From positions 1 to 38,026 of IMG/VR virus record IMGVR_UViG_3300018416_000047: a stretch of 38,026 nt of DNA, one strand, 5' to 3'. Position numbers and translations under genes: made by a program. How positions within the stretch are numbered: the stretch's first letter is position 1; each line of letters opens with the position of its first letter. Positions 1 to 9,229 of this stretch are shown piece by piece. The DNA is from a virus. Its lineage: Duplodnaviria; Caudoviricetes. The notes beneath the pieces are model-generated. The model was not told where the DNA came from. It saw nothing but the letters and a program-made list of their open reading frames with translations, and did no database searches.

Positions 1-2226
1 ACTTTTAAAAACATCTTTTAATCTTGATGAGTAACTATAGCCTAATAATTTTTTTTCAAAATACCAATTGGCAAAGTTTTCGTACTGAACATTTTGTTCG
101 TATATAGCTTTGTATTTATCGTACTTCTTTTTGAATGTAACGAACCTAGATTCTTTCATGAGAGGTTTTTGGTCATCAGCTAATAGAGCTTCTTTCTTTG
201 CTGCATGTATAGACTCAAGTATATCGTAGTTGTACTTAGGACCAAGAGCTATAAAATTTCTCTTTTCTCTATCAGTTAATAAATTAAATGCTTGAGCTTC
301 AAGAACTAATCTTGGACGACTGAGTGTTTCATCTTCACTTAATGCTCCAGCTTGAATTAATGCAGACATTACACCAATATTCAAGCCAGCTTGCTTCGCG
401 GATAAAAACACATCATACTTATTAGAATTATCTGTGTCTCTAAATTCCTCTAATGCTTTTAAACTTTTTTCACTAATACCTTTTATGCTATTAAGTCCAA
501 ACCTAATATTATTTTTATCGATTGTAAAATCAAATTTAGATTTAATTAAATTTGGTTGAAGTAAATTAATTTCAAAATATTGCAATTCTCTACTTATCTT
601 TGCTATCTCTTCTTGAGGGTTAGGTTCAAATTGAGACATTTTAAGTAAGCTTAAAAAGAATTGTTTGGGATGTTTAAATTTTAAATAAGTGGTCCACGCT
701 GCAAGAGTAGCGTAAGATATAGAGTGAGATTTATTGAAAGAATAATTAGCACTATCTTCTGCTACTTTCCATAATACATCAGAAACTTCAACGGGTAAGT
801 TGTTATCTTGCACCTTCTGTTTAATTTTCTCTTGCCATTCAGGCATAAGGTCAACTTTCTTTTTTCCAACAATCCTGCGAAGTTGCTCCGCTTCATCAAG
901 AGTGAAGCCTACTTTTACAGCCATTTTCATCAACTGCTCTTGATACAAGGGAATACCGCCAGTGTAATCTAATACATCGTCAAAAAATTCATGAACACTT
1001 TGGAAGCGATCAGTAGCTACATAGTCAGAATAACGATCAGCAAATTCAAGAGCTCCTGGCCTTGCGATAGCTACTACAGCACTTAATTGCTCCATGTTTT
1101 TTGGTTTAATTTTTTGGCAAACTCTAAAATTAGTATCTGCTTCAATTTGAAATAATCCATGAGGATTACGAAGGTCACCCAAGGGCTCAAAAACCGAAGG
1201 GTCGTTCAAGTCAATATCATAAACATCAATATCCAGATCATTACATACATCGTAAATGACACTAAGAGTACGAAGCCCAAGAATATCGAATTTAACCATA
1301 AGTTCAGCGACCCAATTCATATCATAACCAGTAACATAAGAGCCGTCATTAGTTTTTTGGATCGGACATATGTCTGAAATTTTCTGATGAGAAATAGCGA
1401 TACCTGATGGATGAACACCTGTGTTCTTGTTTAAGCCTTCCAGCTGCTTGGCTATTTTGAATACCCTTGGGTTATCTTTGACCCAAGTAGCGAAGCGCTG
1501 ACTTTCTTCTTGAGCTATGTTTAGAGGAGCAACTTTACCAAATTTCTTGGGTATATAGCCACTTACATCATTAACTTCTTGCTCAGAATATTCACCAACT
1601 ATTTTGCCACACTCTTTAATACATAACTTACCGCTCAATGTATTTAAGGTTAAAATATTTGCAGTTCTTGAAGGGTGTTTTCTTTCAATATAATCAATAA
1701 CTTTTTGGCGATGCTCATACGCTATATCATTATCAACGTCAGCAAGCAAGCTACCATCTAAGTAGGTCACTCCATTTTTCTCAATCTTTCTTGCTCTACT
1801 CTTAGAAACAAAACGCTCAAAAAATAAATCATACTTAATTGGGTCAACCTTAGTAACATCAATTAAGAATAAAACCAGAGACCCTGCTGCTGAACCGCGA
1901 CCTGGGCCAGTAGGTATATCATTTTCATGACAAAAATTCAAAATATCCCAATTCAATAAAACGTAATCAATAAAACCAAGATCTTTTAAGATCTCTAATT
2001 CCATTTTAGTTCTAGAATAATACTCTTCTCTATTGTCTAGTTTATCTATACCTTTAGATTTTACTCCTTGCATACATAGAGCTCGTAAGAAATCATAATT
2101 AGAACTACTGGGGTCAATGTCTAGGTCAGCATAATACTTTGAATTGACATCGATCTCAGGAAGAAGAACTCCTGGGGGGGCATAATTTTCATACTTTGTG
2201 AATTTACTTAAAAATAAATCAGACAT
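1..2226 (-). CDS. dnaE: DNA polymerase III alpha (DnaE-type) catalytic core, lacking the N-terminal PHP domain; runs off the left edge
   Basis: Not in ORF track (open at edge). Manual translation from ATG at 2226 (TAATG overlap with exonuclease): MSDLFLSKF...GPGRGSAAGSLVLFLIDVTKVDPIKYDLFFERF...ADVDNDI...GVHPSG...KFDILGL...YSFNKSHS...FEKKLLGYSYS, all DnaE hallmarks. Confidence 0.95.
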   Translation of the reverse strand, partial: MSDLFLSKFTKYENYAPPGVLLPEIDVNSKYYADLDIDPSSSNYDFLRALCMQGVKSKGIDKLDNREEYYSRTKMELEILKDLGFIDYVLLNWDILNFCHENDIPTGPGRGSAAGSLVLFLIDVTKVDPIKYDLFFERFVSKSRARKIEKNGVTYLDGSLLADVDNDIAYEHRQKVIDYIERKHPSRTANILTLNTLSGKLCIKECGKIVGEYSEQEVNDVSGYIPKKFGKVAPLNIAQEESQRFATWVKDNPRVFKIAKQLEGLNKNTGVHPSGIAISHQKISDICPIQKTNDGSYVTGYDMNWVAELMVKFDILGLRTLSVIYDVCNDLDIDVYDIDLNDPSVFEPLGDLRNPHGLFQIEADTNFRVCQKIKPKNMEQLSAVVAIARPGALEFADRYSDYVATDRFQSVHEFFDDVLDYTGGIPLYQEQLMKMAVKVGFTLDEAEQLRRIVGKKKVDLMPEWQEKIKQKVQDNNLPVEVSDVLWKVAEDSANYSFNKSHSISYATLAAWTTYLKFKHPKQFFLSLLKMSQFEPNPQEEIAKISRELQYFEINLLQPNLIKSKFDFTIDKNNIRFGLNSIKGISEKSLKALEEFRDTDNSNKYDVFLSAKQAGLNIGVMSALIQAGALSEDETLSRPRLVLEAQAFNLLTDREKRNFIALGPKYNYDILESIHAAKKEALLADDQKPLMKESRFVTFKKKYDKYKAIYEQNVQYENFANWYFEKKLLGYSYSSRLKDVFKS

Positions 2227-2867
2227 TATATATTTACCTCCCATAACATTTTCTTAAATACTTCGTAATTTTGTTCAATATCATACATAGCATCATGTAA
2301 TCGACTTTCATCAATTTTAATATCATAATGTTTACATAAATCAATTAATTTCTTTTTTGATTTTCTATCAACCATATTATTTAATCTATATTGCCAATTA
2401 AAAAAGTCGTCATCTTTATTAAATTTAATGTCATTCTTGATAGCTTTAGCCAAACATAAGGTGTCAATAGACCTATTAACATAACTGTAGTCTGGTTTTT
2501 TGTGTACGCATTTTCTGTATATACCGTGAACATAAATATCAAAACCTAATATGTTGTGCCCGACATTTATATAAGATTCATCATATAGATATTTTTCGAA
2601 ATCGTGCAAGATTGGTTCAGCTAATTGAGCTTTCTTGTCGTAATTTGATTTTGTCCAGCCAGTCATTTTTGCTGCAGCATCAGACATCTTTAAGTCAGAC
2701 CAATAGATCCAGCAGTCTTTCTTTTCTACAATATTGCCTTCTTTAATTACCATGTAACCAAGTTGCCATGGCTTGTTATCTAGCGAGCCTAGATTGAGGC
2801 AGCAAGTTTCAAAATCGAAAAACAAATAGTTTTGCTTTTTATTAAATCTAAGGAGATCTTCTTTCAT
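2226..2867 (-). CDS. DEDDh 3'-5' exonuclease (DnaQ/epsilon-like proofreading subunit)
   Basis: ExoI FFDFET, ExoII HNILGFD, ExoIII LHDAMYD; translationally coupled to dnaE. Confidence 0.9.
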   Translation of the reverse strand: MKEDLLRFNKKQNYLFFDFETCCLNLGSLDNKPWQLGYMVIKEGNIVEKKDCWIYWSDLKMSDAAAKMTGWTKSNYDKKAQLAEPILHDFEKYLYDESYINVGHNILGFDIYVHGIYRKCVHKKPDYSYVNRSIDTLCLAKAIKNDIKFNKDDDFFNWQYRLNNMVDRKSKKKLIDLCKHYDIKIDESRLHDAMYDIEQNYEVFKKMLWEVNI

Positions 2868-2872
2868 TTAAA

Positions 2873-3037
2873 CTATTGCTTATTAAAGAAATCTTCAACT
2901 TCCGATAAGAATTGAGATTTTTCTTTATCTGATAAAGCGATATATTGTTTTTTTATTTGACGTAGAGTTCTTTTTTGCTCAGGAGTATCTGAGTAAGACA
3001 TGGCTCTTTTAATTCTTAGTATTTGCTTTTTATTCAT
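2873..3037 (-). CDS. Small basic hypothetical protein (54 aa)
   Basis: Below ORF-track cutoff; manual translation MNKKQILRIKRAMSYSDTPEQKRTLRQIKKQYIALSDKEKSQFLSEVEDFFNKQ fills the gap between the PHP and exonuclease genes. Confidence 0.7.
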   Translation of the reverse strand: MNKKQILRIKRAMSYSDTPEQKRTLRQIKKQYIALSDKEKSQFLSEVEDFFNKQ

Positions 3038-3038
3038 T

Positions 3039-3794
3039 TTAAGATTCTAAATAACTTTCGTAACAAAATTCTGGACTAGCCAAATGATCAAAGTTTGGAA
3101 CAGATAGAGTTCTTTGCTTTCCGTTCTTTTTCGCGCATATACATTTATATGTTTGATAGGCTTCAAAATCTTCTTTTTTATTGTAGTAAATAGATTTAGA
3201 TTCACTATAATTATAGTTGAAGTTTTTACAATAGTCAATAACCTTGTCGCGTATTTGTTGGTCAAAAGGTAAGTAATTATCTTCAATAAAAAAGTGTGGA
3301 TCACAGAAAGAAAAATCAGGAATGCAACTACAAAAATGCATACTGTTCATAAAAATGAAAGAGTCGTAAAATGGAATAGCTATTTGCAAGTCCTCGTTTG
3401 ACCACATTTTTTTAAGGCTAGGAAGATCTATTACTCCTTCGTTATTACAAAATGCATGAGAATAAATTTGATTTAATAATGAACAACCTAAATCATTCTT
3501 TGCGAAAATAATTAATTTATGGCAACATTGAGACGATGGAGAATCTTGATCTTCTGAAATTTCTAAGTGAGAGCAAGAAATTCTTAATCCAAAAATAAGA
3601 TGTTTACCCATAGACTCGGCTGTTTTTTGAGCTTGAAGGAAGCCTATCAAGGAATCTTCTACTAGTGTTATAGTATCTTCTTGTTCGGCTACAGAAAAAA
3701 CACTTTGTGGGCCGTCTTCTTTAACCTTAGATGGATGGTCTAGAGTAAGTATTGATTTACCTATTGAGTAATGACTCTTGAATAAAGCTATCAT
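3039..3794 (-). CDS. Stand-alone PHP domain of DNA polymerase III alpha (probably metal-site degenerate)
   Basis: N-term FKSHYSIGKSIL resembles DnaE HxHSxYSLLDG; LIFGLRI and HKLIIFAKNDLGCSLLNQIYS resemble the DnaE HLxLLAKNxxGYxNL segment. Confidence 0.8.
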   Translation of the reverse strand: MIALFKSHYSIGKSILTLDHPSKVKEDGPQSVFSVAEQEDTITLVEDSLIGFLQAQKTAESMGKHLIFGLRISCSHLEISEDQDSPSSQCCHKLIIFAKNDLGCSLLNQIYSHAFCNNEGVIDLPSLKKMWSNEDLQIAIPFYDSFIFMNSMHFCSCIPDFSFCDPHFFIEDNYLPFDQQIRDKVIDYCKNFNYNYSESKSIYYNKKEDFEAYQTYKCICAKKNGKQRTLSVPNFDHLASPEFCYESYLES

Positions 3795-3800
3795 TCAATT

Positions 3801-3829
3801 ATGATAGCAAAAATTAGCCTCTAAGTCAA
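3801..3829 (-). promoter_or_regulatory. sigma70-type promoter, leaderless, for PHP-exo-dnaE genes
   Basis: TTGACT-N17-TATCAT with TGn extension, 6 nt before ATG 3794. Confidence 0.75.
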
Positions 3830-3830
3830 G

Positions 3831-4826
3831 CTATATCTTATATTTTTCAATGAATGATTCCGCTGGCTTTCCATCTGCTAAGTGCATTTCTAAATCTATC
3901 AATAGTTTATTGCGAAGCTCAATTAAGTCTTGAGATTCAGAGCTTCCAGTAGACTCCCTGAATGTAGATGAAGCAGCAACAACAAGAAGAATAGCTAGTG
4001 GATCAAAAACAAAAATAAGAATTAATATAACCATTCTAACTGCAGATTCAGAGTTTACTTCTGGGCCTCCAAAGTCAGATATCAATTCAGCGATATATTT
4101 TACTGGGCCAATCTCTGCTTCAAGCTCTTTTAGTTGTGCTTCAATTTTAGTTTTATCTAAATTTATAGTTAAATAATTTTCCTCTAATTTTTCTAACTCA
4201 GGAAATATTTGATTTTCTAATTTAACTCTATAGTTCTCAAGTCTGTTTTGTATATCTTGTTTGTTTTTAGATATAGATTCTCTTTCTTGAGATTGACTCT
4301 CTCTCTCTTTTTCTATCTTGCTCGAGGTAGAGAAGCCACCTTTTTCTCTAATTTGACTAATGATTGAATCTAAATCTTTTAATCTGTCGTTTAAACGCTG
4401 TAATGAAAGGTAGTCATCAGATTTAAGTTGTTCGTTAGTTTTCTTTTGTGTTTCCAAGGAAGCCTTTTTAGATTCAATGGATTCCAGCTTCTTGTCTAAC
4501 ATAGATATTTGAGAGCCGTACTGAGAGGCGCCAGCTTCTTGCTCTATGTGAGACTTACTTAAAAATCCAAATATTCCCATGCTTGTGATGCCCGAAAGTA
4601 CAATCACAGCAATAGATAAATAATATTTAATAAGTCTGCCAGAAGTTTTCCAGTTTCTATGCAGCCAAACAGCAGTAACAAGCTTGCCGACTTCTAGGGC
4701 ACTACCCATTATAACAATAGACCAAAAAACCCCTGGAAAGATCGTAGTTAATCCTATTATACTAAAATAAGCTGCAACGGCAGCAAGCGATAAAGATGAG
4801 AGTGCAATTATTATTGGGAAAACCAT
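3831..4826 (-). CDS. Membrane protein with three N-terminal TM helices, long coiled coil and C-terminal TM helix
   Basis: Hydrophobic segments in aa 1-90 and about 263-285 (ILILIFVFDPLAILL) flanking a heptad-rich region. Confidence 0.75.
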   Translation of the reverse strand: MVFPIIIALSSLSLAAVAAYFSIIGLTTIFPGVFWSIVIMGSALEVGKLVTAVWLHRNWKTSGRLIKYYLSIAVIVLSGITSMGIFGFLSKSHIEQEAGASQYGSQISMLDKKLESIESKKASLETQKKTNEQLKSDDYLSLQRLNDRLKDLDSIISQIREKGGFSTSSKIEKERESQSQERESISKNKQDIQNRLENYRVKLENQIFPELEKLEENYLTINLDKTKIEAQLKELEAEIGPVKYIAELISDFGGPEVNSESAVRMVILILIFVFDPLAILLVVAASSTFRESTGSSESQDLIELRNKLLIDLEMHLADGKPAESFIEKYKI

Positions 4827-4841
4827 AATAATAAATACACT
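4827..4841 (-). promoter_or_regulatory. GTGTA motif (putative phage-specific promoter)
   Basis: AGTGTA-tttattatt-ATG, 9 nt before start. Confidence 0.6.
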
Positions 4842-4844
4842 AAT

Positions 4845-5936
4845 TTAAGCAAATAAGTCTACATGCTCTGATTCAGAGGGCTTCCAATAAGGGCAACCTT
4901 CGTATTCCATGTATTCAATTTCTTGATCTTCTTTTTTAATTTTTTCTAAATTTTCTAAATCATCCACAAAACAAGTCTTTAAAACTTTACCAGAACTATC
5001 TTTAAGAGCATAATAAGAGAAAGGTTTCCTAAAGGAGCATATGAAAGCCGGGATTGGTTCTCCATTCTTATCTAATACTGGCTCTCCTCTGCTCATTTTA
5101 AATCCATCTTTGCCACATGCTAATGGCCCACCGAACGTCCCATCAGATGGATAAGATTGAGCTCCAGCGAAATTAGAATGAGCTTGCTCTTCATCAAAGT
5201 TATCTATAATTTTTTGTATTTCAGTGAGCTCATACTGGAAGCCATACAATTCAGCATCAGATAGAGGCTCCATCTTGAGTACTCCGTTGCCAGTTTTGTT
5301 AAAAAGATCTTTACTTAAATCAAATTTCAAAAACAAAAATTCACTTTCTCTTTTTTTATAATTAGGGTATAAATGTTTAACTGCTAAAGAATACATTAAG
5401 TCTTGTAGGTTATCGGTGACTTCTTTACCTTTAAATACTTGCTTGCTACTTTTGAAATCTCTAATTAAGGCGTAAGATGTTTCTTCATAAAGGAATAACT
5501 TATCAATGAAACCTTTAATTCTATAAGAAAAATCTTCAGTTTCAACTTCAATATCAAAAGCTTCTTCTGATATGGCTTTTGTGGGTTCAAGATCATCGCC
5601 TCCAAAAAAGTCATAATGCAAACCATTGACAGTCATAGAATCAATTAACTCTAAGTTTTCGTCGTCATGAACGTTTAATTTACGGGCATGATAAAGAGTT
5701 AAACGTTCTATTGGTGGGCATTTAAAAATAGAGCCATACTTGATTATAGTTTCGTAGTGTTTTTTGTGCCTAGGGTTACCCAATAATTCGAAAATCAGGT
5801 GACATATCCAGCCACGACTAGCTCCATCGTTAGATGTGTCGGGAAGTTTTAGTTTGTAATTTCCCCAATATTTCCACGAACACATTTGTAGAGTTTTAAT
5901 TCTACTCGCGGACAGTGCTGACTCATGCTTCTTCAT
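4845..5936 (-). CDS. PD-(D/E)XK exonuclease (AddB/Cas4-like)
   Basis: LSASRI..CSWKY N-terminus, GFIDKL...IRDFKSSK catalytic motif, QDLMYSLA motif, C-terminal cysteines (CPYW). Confidence 0.85.
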   Translation of the reverse strand: MKKHESALSASRIKTLQMCSWKYWGNYKLKLPDTSNDGASRGWICHLIFELLGNPRHKKHYETIIKYGSIFKCPPIERLTLYHARKLNVHDDENLELIDSMTVNGLHYDFFGGDDLEPTKAISEEAFDIEVETEDFSYRIKGFIDKLFLYEETSYALIRDFKSSKQVFKGKEVTDNLQDLMYSLAVKHLYPNYKKRESEFLFLKFDLSKDLFNKTGNGVLKMEPLSDAELYGFQYELTEIQKIIDNFDEEQAHSNFAGAQSYPSDGTFGGPLACGKDGFKMSRGEPVLDKNGEPIPAFICSFRKPFSYYALKDSSGKVLKTCFVDDLENLEKIKKEDQEIEYMEYEGCPYWKPSESEHVDLFA

Positions 5937-6978
5937 ATAATAGTTTTAAGTTTTTCTTTAAGGTTTTAGGTATACCTTTTTTAGAGTCTAACTTTTTAGC
6001 AAAAGAAATAATTTTAGGTATTTGGTCTGTCTGATTGATAAGTTTTAATTTTTCCTTCCATCTAATGAAATCATTTTCATTCATGTCTCCGAAGTCATTT
6101 TGGACAGGTAGGCAAATCTTTATTTTTTTAGGATCGTAATAATTTAATAATTTTAAATAATTTTTAACGCAAGCATTCATTCCCCTATTATCTTCTTTAT
6201 TAGAGTCATTATTAAAAGAAAGAATAACTTGTTTGAAATCAAAGTGAATTAATGAGCATAAAAGCTTAGATGATATATCTAGACCAAAAGAAACTAAAAC
6301 ATTGCTAATCCCATTTTCTATACAGCTAAGAGCATCTCCAATACTTTCTACAATTAGTACATAGTTTTTGTCGACATTATCAAAAAATATTCCATCTTTG
6401 GTGGGAACATACGCAGGATATACCCAAGTTTTTTTCTTGCCCATATGCTTCCATTTTGGACGACCTTCTTTATTGGACATATCCCTACCTGAAAAACCAT
6501 GTATTTGTTTATACTGATTATAAATAGGAAAAACGAAACGCTGATACATTTGTGATCTAGTAGCTAGACCGCCTTTTAATTTTATTAGAGTTTCATCGGA
6601 AATTCCTCGACCATTGTAAAATTTATAATGAGGTAACAACTTATCTAAAATACTGTCAGGATAAACTTCTTCAACTTGAAGCTTCTCAATATTATCTCTA
6701 GCTCTTTCGGTAAGAAAGAAAGTTTCTTCTTTATTTAAATACTTCTTAAGTTCAGTTGGATCATTGGTATTAAGTGTTAAAACTAATAATTGCTTAAATG
6801 GCATGAAGGGAGTGTTTTGAACGTAGTCCTTCCATGCTCCAGTATCTTTATATATTTGCAAGGCAGTAGGATTGTCTCCGCCTCTATACAGAGCAGAAGA
6901 TTGCCAGTAAGCTCCTTTATCGCTAAGCTTATAACCTAATTGCTCAAGTATATCTCTTATTTTATCTGAGCTGATCAT
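5923..6978 (-). CDS. DNA primase (TOPRIM, DnaG-like)
   Basis: RFVFPI..GFSGR..KWKH, LIVESIGDALS, SFNND, NDFGDM; adjacent to helicase with ATGA overlap. Confidence 0.85.
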   Translation of the reverse strand: MISSDKIRDILEQLGYKLSDKGAYWQSSALYRGGDNPTALQIYKDTGAWKDYVQNTPFMPFKQLLVLTLNTNDPTELKKYLNKEETFFLTERARDNIEKLQVEEVYPDSILDKLLPHYKFYNGRGISDETLIKLKGGLATRSQMYQRFVFPIYNQYKQIHGFSGRDMSNKEGRPKWKHMGKKKTWVYPAYVPTKDGIFFDNVDKNYVLIVESIGDALSCIENGISNVLVSFGLDISSKLLCSLIHFDFKQVILSFNNDSNKEDNRGMNACVKNYLKLLNYYDPKKIKICLPVQNDFGDMNENDFIRWKEKLKLINQTDQIPKIISFAKKLDSKKGIPKTLKKNLKLLYEEA

Positions 6979-8492
6979 ATGTCTGGCAATTCATCAGGAT
7001 TATTATTTAAATTTACTTCCGCTTCAGCCATTTGTGTGCGAACTAAATCAACTGTATCACCAACTTCAGTAATGTTGAAATTGTTAAAGTTTAAATAAAT
7101 AGAATTTCTGACCATAGTAATATCGTCTGCCAACCTAACTGGTTGTAAGGCTCTCATATAATCAGAGCCTAAGTGTCTATGTTTAAAGCAAGATAATTTA
7201 TGAGTGCCGAAGTCTGGACTTTCCGCCATTTCTTCTTGAGATTTTTGACGCAAGCTAAATAGATGAGAGCTAAACTGAGTAATTCTATCTGATAGAGATA
7301 CCACACTCTCATCTTCAACGATATTTTCTGGCCTTCTATTATTGGTAATACCAGAGCGATTGCTTTGAACACTAGTCATCATAGCAATCATGGGCTCACC
7401 TTCAAATAAAATATCTCTCTGAACGAGCTTTTTAAACTTATCAACCATCTCGCCAACCACTTGCCATTCACTTTTATTGCTCAAGTTTTCTGAGGTGGTT
7501 TTAATGTAATCGAAATTAAAAATCATTTCATTCCCCCTTCCAACTTTGCTGTAATAAAAACGCTTAACTAAATTAACCATTTGATCTACATTCATGCCAG
7601 AAACATTAAAGTAGTGAAGATTGTATTGCTTTATCTTTGGCCAAACAGATCTTACTTTATCAACTATCTTAGATCCAGCCCTGCGCCACTTCCCTGTCTC
7701 TAATAGATGTAAAGGAACTCCAGACATAGATGCACAAAGACGCATTCTTAATTCTTCCTTACTCATTTCACCATTATCAAAATGTAAAATAGGGGTAAAG
7801 TTATTAAGCTCTGAGGTTTTTAAGCAGAAATCTAAACAGAATTGAGTTTTACCAACTCCAGATCTGGCTGTAATGGTAGTTATGTTGCCTGGCCTCAAGA
7901 GAGATCCATATAACTCGTGAAGCCTTTTGTGTGGACCCACCAAACCAAATTCTTCAATTGGATTATTGCCTCTTTCCTCCACATAGTCTTCCATGTCAAA
8001 AAACAAATCTTCAGGAACATTCGAACCATTGTCATAGATAGATATGGTGTCGTTGTAAATTCGATCAGAATCTTCAATTAGTTTACTAAACGCATCTTCA
8101 GAAGAAGCGTTCTGCATTCTCTTAATGATTTTTGTAGCACAACCTGCAATTTTTCGTCTAGCTGAATACTTTTTTAAGTCTTTAGCTAAACCTATAATTG
8201 TATTTGGGTTTGTCTTTTTTAATGAAAGGGCTTGAATGTAATCACCAATATTTATATCATCCTCAAAAGATAAGTTAAGGGATAAAGCTCTTTCCGTAAG
8301 CATCACATAATCAATTTGATCACCGCCCTCAATCGACCTTTTAAGAATTGAGAAAATTGTTTTATTAACCTGGGATGATTCACTATAAAAATCTTCCTCA
8401 CAAATATAAGAAGATATCTCGACAAATGAATCTGGGTGATTAATTAGAGTTGCAAGGAACTGCTGCTCCTCATTAAAAGAATACATTGCCAT
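6975..8492 (-). CDS. dnaB: Replicative DnaB-like helicase
   Basis: Walker A ARSGVGKT, GEMS, FDY Walker B, QSNR, KHR arginine finger; DnaB-like N-terminal domain. Confidence 0.92.
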   Translation of the reverse strand: MAMYSFNEEQQFLATLINHPDSFVEISSYICEEDFYSESSQVNKTIFSILKRSIEGGDQIDYVMLTERALSLNLSFEDDINIGDYIQALSLKKTNPNTIIGLAKDLKKYSARRKIAGCATKIIKRMQNASSEDAFSKLIEDSDRIYNDTISIYDNGSNVPEDLFFDMEDYVEERGNNPIEEFGLVGPHKRLHELYGSLLRPGNITTITARSGVGKTQFCLDFCLKTSELNNFTPILHFDNGEMSKEELRMRLCASMSGVPLHLLETGKWRRAGSKIVDKVRSVWPKIKQYNLHYFNVSGMNVDQMVNLVKRFYYSKVGRGNEMIFNFDYIKTTSENLSNKSEWQVVGEMVDKFKKLVQRDILFEGEPMIAMMTSVQSNRSGITNNRRPENIVEDESVVSLSDRITQFSSHLFSLRQKSQEEMAESPDFGTHKLSCFKHRHLGSDYMRALQPVRLADDITMVRNSIYLNFNNFNITEVGDTVDLVRTQMAEAEVNLNNNPDELPDI

Positions 8493-8503
8493 AATTAGCC
8501 TTT

Positions 8504-8532
8504 AGTATAGACTATAAAATTATAAAAGTCAA
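8504..8532 (-). promoter_or_regulatory. sigma70-type promoter for helicase-primase-nuclease
   Basis: TTGACT-N17-TATACT, 11 nt before ATG 8492. Confidence 0.75.
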
Positions 8533-8535
8533 GAG

Positions 8536-8799
8536 TTATTCTTGGTCTCCATTTATATCAAATGGAGCATCTACATTTTCAATTTCAATTAAATACTTTT
8601 CTAGAGCCTTACGAATTCCCATTTCTACAATTTGACTGCCGGCTCTACAAAAAATCATTGGGGCGCCATTTTGGTCTGTATATGCCATTAAAAAACCCTT
8701 TGAGCCTTCACTACTACTTCCAGTGAACTCGTATAGTTTATCAAGTAAATCTTGAGGTATTTGAAAGGCTGGGAGGTTGTCTGGATCTATTTGACTCAT
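8536..8799 (-). CDS. Hypothetical protein (87 aa)
   Basis: Clean ORF preceded by GTGTA motif. Confidence 0.75.
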   Translation of the reverse strand: MSQIDPDNLPAFQIPQDLLDKLYEFTGSSSEGSKGFLMAYTDQNGAPMIFCRAGSQIVEMGIRKALEKYLIEIENVDAPFDINGDQE

Positions 8800-8816
8800 T
8801 CAATATATATTACACT
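8800..8816 (-). promoter_or_regulatory. GTGTA motif (putative phage-specific promoter)
   Basis: AGTGTA-atatatattga-ATG, 11 nt before start. Confidence 0.6.
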
Positions 8817-8818
8817 AT

Positions 8819-9229
8819 TCACAAATAAATATCTAACTTTTTAAAAAAATCTTTTGACAATTTATCTTTTTCGTATATTTCTACAAGCCTTATATCGTTT
8901 AATTCGCAGAAATCGTGCTTTTGATGATCACGCTTTAACTGCATTAAATAATTATTCTTGTAATTGCCGTGAAAGAAGGGTACATACTTTGTGTGTTGAC
9001 CTCCCTGGACTTCTATAGCTATCTTTTCATTTGCATTAAAAAAATCGAAAGTCATTCGAGTTCCAGCGATAGGAAACTCTTCAAATACTACATGTCTTGA
9101 CCAATATTGATTAAGAAAGTCTTTGACTGATTTTTGAAATTTACTTTTACTCGGCGCATCCCAATCTATATTATATTTCTGAACTCCTATTATTTTTCTA
9201 ACGGAACCAGTTAGAGTTTTAAATTTCAA
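8819..9229 (-). CDS. DUF559/Vsr-like PD-(D/E)XK endonuclease
   Basis: EEFPI...FDFF...IAIEVQGGQH...RDHQKHDFC..NDIRLVEI; TTG start in TTGA overlap. Confidence 0.8.
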   Translation of the reverse strand: MKFKTLTGSVRKIIGVQKYNIDWDAPSKSKFQKSVKDFLNQYWSRHVVFEEFPIAGTRMTFDFFNANEKIAIEVQGGQHTKYVPFFHGNYKNNYLMQLKRDHQKHDFCELNDIRLVEIYEKDKLSKDFFKKLDIYL

